DNA from: a virus
IMG/VR virus record: IMGVR_UViG_3300031576_000981
Location: 1 to 24,543 of that record
Length of the DNA: 24,543 nt
Direction: 5' to 3' (one strand)
A program made the translations under genes and the position numbers. Under the pieces are notes generated by a model. It worked only from the letters and a program-made list of their open reading frames with translations, was not told the origin of the DNA and ran no database searches. Below, piece after piece: positions 18,151-24,543 of the stretch; position 1 is the first letter of the stretch, and each line of letters opens with the position of its first letter.

Positions 18151-20385
18151 TTATGCCACGTTGCTCTTGTGCATGGGCCGGAAGTCGGCGACGCCGACGG
18201 CGACGTGGTGCCGGACTTTGACTCTAAATTCGTCGTTCATGAACACGGCGGGGGAGAGTTCATCGCCGGCCACGAAGATTTCGGGCATCAGGCCGAAGGC
18301 CTCGCCGATGCAGACGCCGGGGACGAGCATCGGGTCGCAGACGGCGGCCCAGTCGGTGGCGTCGGTCCACTCGGGGACGGTGATGGGCACGACCGCGCCG
18401 CCGTAGGTCGGGCCTCCGGAGGCGGCAATGCCGGCTTCGACGACGCCTGACCAGCGCGGGATGAACAGCGCTTCGGCCTGGCCTTTGAGCGCGCGCGGGA
18501 CCAGGCAGAACTTGGGATCGAGTGCGAGCTTCGCGCCCGTGCCGATGTAGCCGGCGTCGTTCGAGACGAGCATGGGTTGGTTGTAGACGGCGGCGGCGAC
18601 GACGTCCCAGGCGGCGAAGGTGGTTCCGAGCGCAGTCGTGAGCAGGTTCAAGTGGCCACCCGCGGTCGTGACGGCTGTGCTGTTGAAGAGCGCGCCGCCG
18701 TCTACGAGCGTGGGGCCGATGGCCGCGTTGTCGGTAAACAGGTCGGCGACTTCCTTGGAGATGTTGCGGATGCCGGCGTTGGCGAGCTCGCGCGGGGTCT
18801 GGACGATCTTGCGCGTGTCGTCGTTGATGATGTCCTCCAGGTCGATCCCGACATAGCCGCCGTACTTGACGAACGAGCTGAGCTCGTGGCCCTCGCCGAT
18901 CATGAGGGGCGTGTACTCCGCGCCCTTGGCCACGACGGGCAGGCTGGCGATCGTGCCGGTGATGAGCCAGCGGATCTGCTGCAGGTTGGTGAAGTGCTCG
19001 ACGTGGGCGATCTTGGTCCACCAGTCGTAGCCGGCGCGGCCGAGTTCGTTCCAGCGGGTGACGACGGCCTTGTTCATCACGTTGGCGACGATGGACGCGA
19101 ACGAGCCAGTGTTGAGTTGGGCGTGCTCGGCGTAGTAGCCGCCGTGAAAGTCGCGGTCGCCCGTGAACATCAGGTAGAGCTGGCGAATGCCGTCGAGCTT
19201 GGCGACTTTGAGGGCCTGCAGGGCCGGATCGCGGGCGACGTTGAACAGGTCGTGCACGGCGGCCCGGATGGCGTCTTCGCCGTTGAACATGGCGCTGATG
19301 CGCCCGGGCCCCTGCACCGCAGCGCCGGCGGTGAGCTGACTGACGAGCTCGCGCGCGTCGTCGATCGCGGCCGTGAGCTCGGGCGGGTCAAAGACGCGGC
19401 CGGCAAACTGCTTGCGGACGGCGGCTTGCGATGGGGCAGGGAGCTTCGAGGCGGCCAGGCCGGTGTCGAGCAGGTGGGCGCAGGCCTGCAGCCGGATGGC
19501 GCGCATCTTTTCGACCTCGGCGGTCATGGCGGTCTGCTGCTCCTGCGCGTTGAGGATCACGCGCAGCGCGTCGGCGTCCTTCTGCATCTGCGCCTGGGCG
19601 GTGCTGGAACCAGCCGCGGGCGCGGGCGGCGCGGCTGGCGCGGGGGAAGTGTTGTCGCTCATGTGATTTAGCCTCCACTCTTGCGACTGATTCAGAGCGC
19701 GGAGAAATGCCCCGCCGCGCGCGGGGTCGTACACCAGGTCGAGCGTGGCGATACGCAGGATTTGGATCACTTCAACGCCGGAGGCGGTGAAGTACAGGTC
19801 GAGCGAGAATCCGACGTCGGGCTTGGGTTCGGCCTCGGAGAGCATCTCCTGTCCCAGCTGGCGCACGAGCGGGCCGCTGGGGCCCAGCGGGCGGAGCGAG
19901 AGCGTAATGCCCTGCAGCTCTTCGTCCCACTGCTGGTTGTAGTAGGAGCCGCCCAGGTCGCGGAGATCGCGCATCCACCAGGAATGGTTGACGAAGCAGT
20001 CGAGGTGATCCCACAGCGGCAGGCTGGCCTGGATGGCCGCGGCGGAGAAGTTCCAGCCGTTGGCGTGGCCGGCGGTGATGCCGACGACCTCGAAGTCGCC
20101 TTCGCGGGTGAGGCGGGCGCGGGCGCTGAAGGCGGCGTGCTGTTCGACAAGTTCGGGCATCGTGGACTCCTTCTTGCGGGTTGGGATGCTGGAGAGGTCG
20201 CCGCTTTCCGGCGCGTCGGTTTCTTCCATCTCACAGCGGCAATTGTCGCCGCAGAGTGTGCCCTTGCCAGGGGCCCACAGGTGGGACTTCTGCCAATCGG
20301 GCCGGGTGTGGACCTGACCATTGGCCGTGCGGCAGGTATCGCAGGTGTCGGCGTCCACCCTGGCTTTCCACTCGTACTTTTTCAC
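18151..20385 (-). CDS. Fusion ORF (744 codons): gp7/MuF-type Zn-ribbon tail + prohead protease-like + coiled-coil scaffold-like + major capsid protein
   Basis: aa 1-55: CDTC...GDNCRCEME. aa about 80-235: CFVNHSWW...LDLVYDPARGG, which is protease-like. aa about 242-345: Ala/Gln-rich helical. C-terminal about 400 aa is capsid-like. GTG start in a GTGA overlap with the portal stop. Confidence 0.7.
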   Translation of the reverse strand: MKKYEWKARVDADTCDTCRTANGQVHTRPDWQKSHLWAPGKGTLCGDNCRCEMEETDAPESGDLSSIPTRKKESTMPELVEQHAAFSARARLTREGDFEVVGITAGHANGWNFSAAAIQASLPLWDHLDCFVNHSWWMRDLRDLGGSYYNQQWDEELQGITLSLRPLGPSGPLVRQLGQEMLSEAEPKPDVGFSLDLYFTASGVEVIQILRIATLDLVYDPARGGAFLRALNQSQEWRLNHMSDNTSPAPAAPPAPAAGSSTAQAQMQKDADALRVILNAQEQQTAMTAEVEKMRAIRLQACAHLLDTGLAASKLPAPSQAAVRKQFAGRVFDPPELTAAIDDARELVSQLTAGAAVQGPGRISAMFNGEDAIRAAVHDLFNVARDPALQALKVAKLDGIRQLYLMFTGDRDFHGGYYAEHAQLNTGSFASIVANVMNKAVVTRWNELGRAGYDWWTKIAHVEHFTNLQQIRWLITGTIASLPVVAKGAEYTPLMIGEGHELSSFVKYGGYVGIDLEDIINDDTRKIVQTPRELANAGIRNISKEVADLFTDNAAIGPTLVDGGALFNSTAVTTAGGHLNLLTTALGTTFAAWDVVAAAVYNQPMLVSNDAGYIGTGAKLALDPKFCLVPRALKGQAEALFIPRWSGVVEAGIAASGGPTYGGAVVPITVPEWTDATDWAAVCDPMLVPGVCIGEAFGLMPEIFVAGDELSPAVFMNDEFRVKVRHHVAVGVADFRPMHKSNVA

Positions 20386-21845
20386 GGAGGCACTCCGTGG
20401 CCGTTTCTGCGGTCGTGAGCTAACTTCTCTTTGTCGGGTTCTTCCACGTCGGCGTCCACGTCGGGGTCAGTGGGCTTGACCGTGGGGATTGCAGATTTGG
20501 GATTTGAGGGGGCAGATTTTGGCGGCGGGGCGGCTGCGCCGCGGGCGAGCATTTCCTCGACGTCGATGATCTCCCCGGCGAATTTGTAGGACAGGCGCAG
20601 CAGTTCGGCGTCGTCGACGAGTTGGCGGTCGCGCAGTTCCTTGAACGCGGCCACGATCGTAGAAGCGGCGACGGCCAGGGCGGCATTGTCGCGCCCGGAG
20701 ATGTCGGAAGCGCCGACGCTGATCTCTTCGCGGGCGCTGACGCGCCCGCCGGCCAGGGCGCGGCGCAGGCGCGCGACGTGGAGCACGTCGGCGATCATCC
20801 AGCGGAAACAGAGCTGGCGCTGCTCGTAGTGGCGGAAGGTCGGCCCGCCGGATTGCTCGGCGGTGGTGCGGGTCGAGCCTTCGGGTTCGGCCAGGAAGTG
20901 CATGGGATTGGCCGACCCGGCCGCGATCATTTTCTTGACGGCCAGGCCGTCCTTCTCGGCGTCGGCGGACTCGAGCCGGGGCGATTTGACGTCCCACACT
21001 TCGCTGTTGTCGTGGACGTTCAAGCTTCCGGGGTTGGGCGGGTTGAGATTGAGTTCGGCTTCGCGCTTTTTGCGCGCGGTCTCGTTGTCGAACTTGGCGG
21101 CCACGTCCCAGATGAAGGCCTGGCGGTGGCGGTTGAGCCGGACCCGGTCTTCCAACCAGGCGTCGTAGCGGGTGAGCCAGCGGACGAGCGGGCCGAGATC
21201 CGACTCGCCCCACTGCGCGCCGACAGCGCGGTTGACGGCGTAGTGGAGCACGACGGGGCGGAAGTGGCCGGCGGGCGTCGGCGCGTCGCGGTCTTCGTCG
21301 TAGGCCGGCCAGGGCTTCGGGTCCGGGTCTTGTAGGGTCATCTTCGGATGGAAGAAGGTGGGCTGCTCGACGTCGTTTTTGACGTGGTCAATGTGGTCGA
21401 CGTCGCAGGCCGGGACCCCCCTGACGTAGGACATGCCGGCGTCGTCGGTGCTGAGCAAAATGAAGAGATTGCCGGAGCGGGTGAGCTCGTCGCATAGCTC
21501 CATGCTGCGAATGTTCATGCGGTTGAGGCGGTGCGACCAGAATTTTTTCAGGAAGGCGGCGGTCTCCTCGTGCTTGCAGGCGGGGACCAGGCCGTCGCCG
21601 ACGACGTACTGCGTGGTCAGCTCGACGATGCGGCGCGCGAGCGGGTTGTCGCGCCAGACGAGCAGGGCGTCGAGCAGGATTTCTTCGCGCTTGTAGTCGT
21701 AGCGGTCGCGCCAGTTCTGCGAGGAGGCGGCGCGGGCGCCGATCATGAAGGTGGAGTCGGTTTCGGCGACGGCCAGGGCGACGCGGCGGTCGATCTCTTT
21801 CTGGATCGCGCGGGACAGCTTGGGCTTCTTATGCGCCACGGTCAA
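20382..21845 (-). CDS. Portal protein (487 aa)
   Basis: Size, position between TerL and capsid, and the N-terminal segment RDRYDYKREEILLDALLVWRDNPLARRIVELTTQYVVGDG. The listed start is TTG at 21845. GTG at 21839, with AGGA 8 nt upstream, is an alternative. Confidence 0.75.
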   Translation of the reverse strand: MTVAHKKPKLSRAIQKEIDRRVALAVAETDSTFMIGARAASSQNWRDRYDYKREEILLDALLVWRDNPLARRIVELTTQYVVGDGLVPACKHEETAAFLKKFWSHRLNRMNIRSMELCDELTRSGNLFILLSTDDAGMSYVRGVPACDVDHIDHVKNDVEQPTFFHPKMTLQDPDPKPWPAYDEDRDAPTPAGHFRPVVLHYAVNRAVGAQWGESDLGPLVRWLTRYDAWLEDRVRLNRHRQAFIWDVAAKFDNETARKKREAELNLNPPNPGSLNVHDNSEVWDVKSPRLESADAEKDGLAVKKMIAAGSANPMHFLAEPEGSTRTTAEQSGGPTFRHYEQRQLCFRWMIADVLHVARLRRALAGGRVSAREEISVGASDISGRDNAALAVAASTIVAAFKELRDRQLVDDAELLRLSYKFAGEIIDVEEMLARGAAAPPPKSAPSNPKSAIPTVKPTDPDVDADVEEPDKEKLAHDRRNGHGVPP

Positions 21846-23373
21846 TGTCCTGGAGCGGGTCGCGGCCGGGGACGACGAAGCCCGGGCCGGCGGCGGGCGT
21901 CCACTCCTGCTCGTCGAGCACGGCGCTGAGCGCGGCGGAGATCACGGTGTCGTCGTGAACGAGCTGGCCGGTGGCGGGGTCGCGCGCGCCGGCGGGCGCG
22001 CCCCACCTGAGAGTCTGGTGTAGCCCGGCTTCGTATTGGACGAACTCGAGCTCGCGCCAGAAGGTCGCTGACTCTGGGTCGTCTGCCCCCTCGGGTATGG
22101 CCCAATCCTGCCAGCGTCCGGTTTCGACGATGGCGAGGAACTGCCAGCCGAGTTGGGACTTGGTGGCGGAATTGAAGATGAAGGGGAGCACCTTGCCGGG
22201 CAGGGCTTTGTCGAGGAAGCTCGCCAGCCCGGCGCCTACGCCGGTGGCGTCCACGACCAGGAAGCGGGCGCGCCAATCCACAGCCAGGCGCACGAGAGTC
22301 GAGTAAAGCGTGGTGTGCTTGACGCCGATCCACAGGCGGCGATCCACGGCGCGGTACGAGGGGGCGGCGACGAGGGGATCGCTCACGGTGGCGGGGTCCA
22401 CCTCGACGATGGTCAGCGCGATGGCGTCGCGCTCGGGGTGTTCGAGCGCGGCCAGGCCGACCTTGTCGCCGGTCGCCCCCTCGTCTTCTCCGGCGACGTC
22501 GAGCAGGAAGGCGTAGACGCTGCCCGGGCGGGGCTGCGCCTGGCGCGGGTGGCTGCCCACCATGAGCGCGCGCCGGGCGGCGGGGAACATGCCGCCGTCA
22601 GCGTCGATCTCTTCGTTGTAATACTGAGTCTTGACGAGTGGGTGATTGCGGCCGTACTTGGCGACCTGGCGGGCGACGAAGTCGCCATAGGCCGGGTTCT
22701 CTTTGGAGACCTGGTCGGGGGTGACGAGGAAGACGCGCTGGACGTGGTCGCGGATCTCGGCCTCGCGCAGGCGCTTGATGGTCCTGGCGAGGAGGGTCTG
22801 GGAAGTCCAGGCGGTGCCCCATAGGACCATGGTGGCGTTGGTCGAGGCCATCATGGGCTCAAACTTCCTTCCCCACTCCGACTCTTGAATGTCCTGGGCT
22901 TCGTCGCCTTCGAGCATGAGGGTCGCCGATGCGCCGACGGCGGAGGCGGACGGCTCGGCGGAGAAGAACGTGATCAACGCCTGTCCGAGTTGGAAGATGT
23001 AGCCCTCGCGCTTTTTCCATTGGCCGCGATTGACCCAGTTGTCGAGCGCGCGCTCCAGCCTCATCATGGCGTTGATCGCCTGCGGTTTGAACGTTGGCTG
23101 GGCCTTGACGATCTGCGCGCCGGGAGTGCGGTTGAAGACATTGAGGAGGTAGGCCTCGATCTGCGACTGGGTTTCGTTCTTCCCGGATTGGCGCGGGAAG
23201 AGCACGGCGAATTCGCGGCCCTGCCGGAAGATGACGGAGCGCAAGATGGCGTTGGCCGCCTCGGCCTGATAGCGGTAGAGCTTGCGCCGGATGACGAGCC
23301 CGCTGAACGGTCGAATGCTGCTCAGGAATTCCCTGGCTAGTTTGAACTTCTGGTCTGCGGTGAGTTCGATCAT
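21829..23373 (-). CDS. terL: Terminase large subunit (514 aa)
   Basis: Walker-A-like FPRQSGKNET near the N-terminus. Size and position immediately upstream of the portal. The ATG at 23373 abuts the previous stop. Confidence 0.8.
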   Translation of the reverse strand: MIELTADQKFKLAREFLSSIRPFSGLVIRRKLYRYQAEAANAILRSVIFRQGREFAVLFPRQSGKNETQSQIEAYLLNVFNRTPGAQIVKAQPTFKPQAINAMMRLERALDNWVNRGQWKKREGYIFQLGQALITFFSAEPSASAVGASATLMLEGDEAQDIQESEWGRKFEPMMASTNATMVLWGTAWTSQTLLARTIKRLREAEIRDHVQRVFLVTPDQVSKENPAYGDFVARQVAKYGRNHPLVKTQYYNEEIDADGGMFPAARRALMVGSHPRQAQPRPGSVYAFLLDVAGEDEGATGDKVGLAALEHPERDAIALTIVEVDPATVSDPLVAAPSYRAVDRRLWIGVKHTTLYSTLVRLAVDWRARFLVVDATGVGAGLASFLDKALPGKVLPFIFNSATKSQLGWQFLAIVETGRWQDWAIPEGADDPESATFWRELEFVQYEAGLHQTLRWGAPAGARDPATGQLVHDDTVISAALSAVLDEQEWTPAAGPGFVVPGRDPLQDIDRGA

Positions 23374-23577
23374 TCATGGTTTGACGAGTTTGAACAGAAG
23401 TTCGGCGACGACGCCGAGGATGGTGAACAGCAGCAGCCGGTTCTGGCTGAGCAGCAGCTGCTCGATGCGGTTGAGCTGCGCGTGGTCGGGGCCGGGCGGC
23501 TCGTCGGACTGGCCTGGGTGGGGCGGCGCCGGGAAGAGTCGGCGGAGCGAGGCGGCGAGGAGTTTGCCGCCGTTCAC
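23374..23577 (-). CDS. Small protein between TerS-like and TerL (about 67 aa; start GTG 23577 or ATG 23592)
   Basis: GTGA overlap with the TerS-like stop. C-terminal hydrophobic helix LLLFTILGVVAELLF. Confidence 0.45.
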   Translation of the reverse strand: MNGGKLLAASLRRLFPAPPHPGQSDEPPGPDHAQLNRIEQLLLSQNRLLLFTILGVVAELLFKLVKP

Positions 23578-23942
23578 AGCTCGACTCCCCATTCGGTGCT
23601 GAGCTCGTCCAGGGCCTGGCCGATGGCGGCGGCCATGCCGTCGGCGGCGGCGCCGGTGAGGGCGCGCTGGTCGCGCAGCAGGCGGCCGAGGCGGCTGGCG
23701 TTCTGGCCGTGCAGCCCCAGCAGCTTGACGACTGTCTCGGTGTCTGCCCCCTCGGGGTCGGTGAGTGTGGCGTCGATGTAGGCGGAGAGCTGCGCCTGGC
23801 GCGCCTGGGCGTCGGCCAGAATGTCGGCGATGGTCAGGAGCGGGTGAGGGGGCGCGGCGTAGACGCCGTGCCTGCGGGCGTTGGCGTTGCCGGGCTGGGC
23901 GCCCTTTGGCTTACGCGCGGCGCGGGTTTTGTGAGGGGGCAC
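23574..23942 (-). CDS. Terminase small subunit-like protein (122 aa)
   Basis: N-terminal basic segment with GNANARRHGVYA, the GNxNAxKHGxY-type motif common in proteins encoded upstream of terL. GTG start. Confidence 0.55.
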   Translation of the reverse strand: MPPHKTRAARKPKGAQPGNANARRHGVYAAPPHPLLTIADILADAQARQAQLSAYIDATLTDPEGADTETVVKLLGLHGQNASRLGRLLRDQRALTGAAADGMAAAIGQALDELSTEWGVEL

Positions 23943-24057
23943 AGAAATCGGCTGGGATGGCGAGGCGGCGTGCGACGTGGAAGGCGAGGGTGTAGGCCAG
24001 GGCCAGGAGCAGGATGAGGAGCAGGCCGGCGGCCTGCGCGGCGCGATCCATGTGCAT
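23911..24057 (-). CDS. Possible 48-aa single-TM protein, first gene of the late operon
   Basis: MHMDRAAQAAGLLLILLLALAYTLAFHVARR. GC3 about 85% by hand count. Overlaps the TerS-like start by 32 nt. Short leader without SD. Confidence 0.45.
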   Translation of the reverse strand: MHMDRAAQAAGLLLILLLALAYTLAFHVARRLAIPADFCAPSQNPRRA

Positions 24058-24063
24058 AAGTGG

Positions 24064-24075
24064 AATCTTATAGCA
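24064..24075 (-). promoter_or_regulatory. Candidate late promoter, extended -10 TGcTATAAG
   Basis: The reverse complement of 24067-24075 reads TGCTATAAG, 9 nt upstream of the ATG at 24057. Only a weak -35 (TTGCGT, with a short spacer). Confidence 0.4.
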
Positions 24076-24184
24076 CAACCGTTTTATACGCAAGTTGCGT
24101 GTAGTCGAACATGGGAAGGTTGTAGGGGGCTTGGGGGGGGGCGCACCCACAACGAATGGGCCGGTGGCGCGGGCGGGCTGAAAG

Positions 24185-24213
24185 CCGCGTCCCGCGTCCA
24201 TCCGGCCTACCGC
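24185..24213 (-). repeat. Inverted copy of the 29-bp element at 3865-3893
   Basis: ccgcgtcccgcgtccatccggcctaccgc is the exact reverse complement of gcggtaggccggatggacgcgggacgcgg. Confidence 0.9.
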
Positions 24214-24543
24214 TGGACTGTGCGCGCCGTGCACTAGTCGGCGCGATGCGGTGCGGCAGTGGCGCGCTCACTTCGCGCCATCGGTTTGCCGCGCCGGGGG
24301 TGTGGGGCGGACGTACCCGCCCCACCGCCGCGTACTCGCGGCGAGCGCGCCGTGCACTAGTCGGCGCGATGCGGCGCGGCAGTGGCGCGCTCACTTCGCG
24401 CCATCGGCTTGCCGCGCCGGGGGTGTGGGGCGGACGTACCCGCCCCACCGCCGCGTACTCGCGGCGAGCGCGCCGTGCACTAGTCGGCGCGATGCGGTGC
24501 GGCAGTGGCGCGCTCACTTCGCGCCATCGGCTTGCCGCACCGG
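24205..24543. repeat. 123-bp tandem repeat array: diverged or partial first unit from about 24205, full unit 24322-24444, then a unit starting at 24445 that continues into nt 1-123
   Basis: The period was measured between identical ccaccgccg starts at 24322 and 24445. Only 3 variable positions among the copies. Confidence 0.9.

Noticed and set aside
24068-24517. Track ORF (149 aa, - strand) that translates the 123-bp units as a 41-aa repeat protein (SAPLPHRIAPTSARRARREYAAVGRVRPPHTPGAA.RWREV)
   Set aside because: 123 is a multiple of 3, so any tandem array of this length stays in frame. Hand-counted GC3 (about 76%) is no higher than the bulk G+C of the unit, whereas real genes here have about 84% GC3. 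The sequence is Arg/Pro/Ala-rich and low-complexity. About two-thirds of each unit is perfect inverted repeat, and the observed substitutions preserve pairing rather than amino acids. Kept as a caveat in the array finding.
24205-24543. CRISPR array
   Set aside because: The repeats are 123 bp and directly abutting, with no unique spacers. There are no cas genes in the genome.

Overview
High-G+C window (spot counts about 70-80% G+C per line in the backbone). Its first 99 nt are identical to its last 99 nt, so it reads as one complete, self-closing (circular or terminally redundant) genome of about 24,444 bp from a small temperate tailed phage. Layout: (i) a leftward early operon of small proteins, about 2790->219 (GIY-YIG-like nuclease, zinc-ribbon protein, unknowns), with the upstream part starting GGAGGA-N4-ATG. 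(ii) A 0.5-kb structured control region, about 2800-3540. (iii) Two Xis/HTH-like genes, a tRNA-3'-end-like attP candidate and a tyrosine integrase (3541-5184). (iv) A rightward module (5414-7958) including a winged-helix protein whose gene encloses three perfect DnaA boxes, which looks like an origin. (v) Two low-G+C cargo cassettes, a C5 DNA methyltransferase and a radical-SAM enzyme, each bracketed by direct repeats of backbone sequence. (vi) A leftward late operon (24057->9886): small TM protein, TerS-like, TerL, portal, a 744-codon Zn-ribbon/protease/scaffold/capsid fusion ORF, a holin-like protein, then hub, spike, fibre and receptor-binding-like proteins. I could not recognise a polymerase, helicase, primase, endolysin, CI-type repressor, reverse transcriptase, CRISPR array or complete tRNA. 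The signals least explained by ordinary annotation are: a hairpin-saturated 123-bp tandem array with a compensated base-pair change, in the gene-free gap upstream of the packaging genes; a roughly 590-bp island almost devoid of T on the + strand; a 29-bp inverted repeat placed upstream of both the xis-like promoter and the late promoter; heptad-phased AATCT(G/C) tandem tracts in front of several genes; and the repeat-bracketed methyltransferase/radical-SAM cargo. All functional calls rest on motifs and gene order read by eye, with no database search, so family names are provisional.
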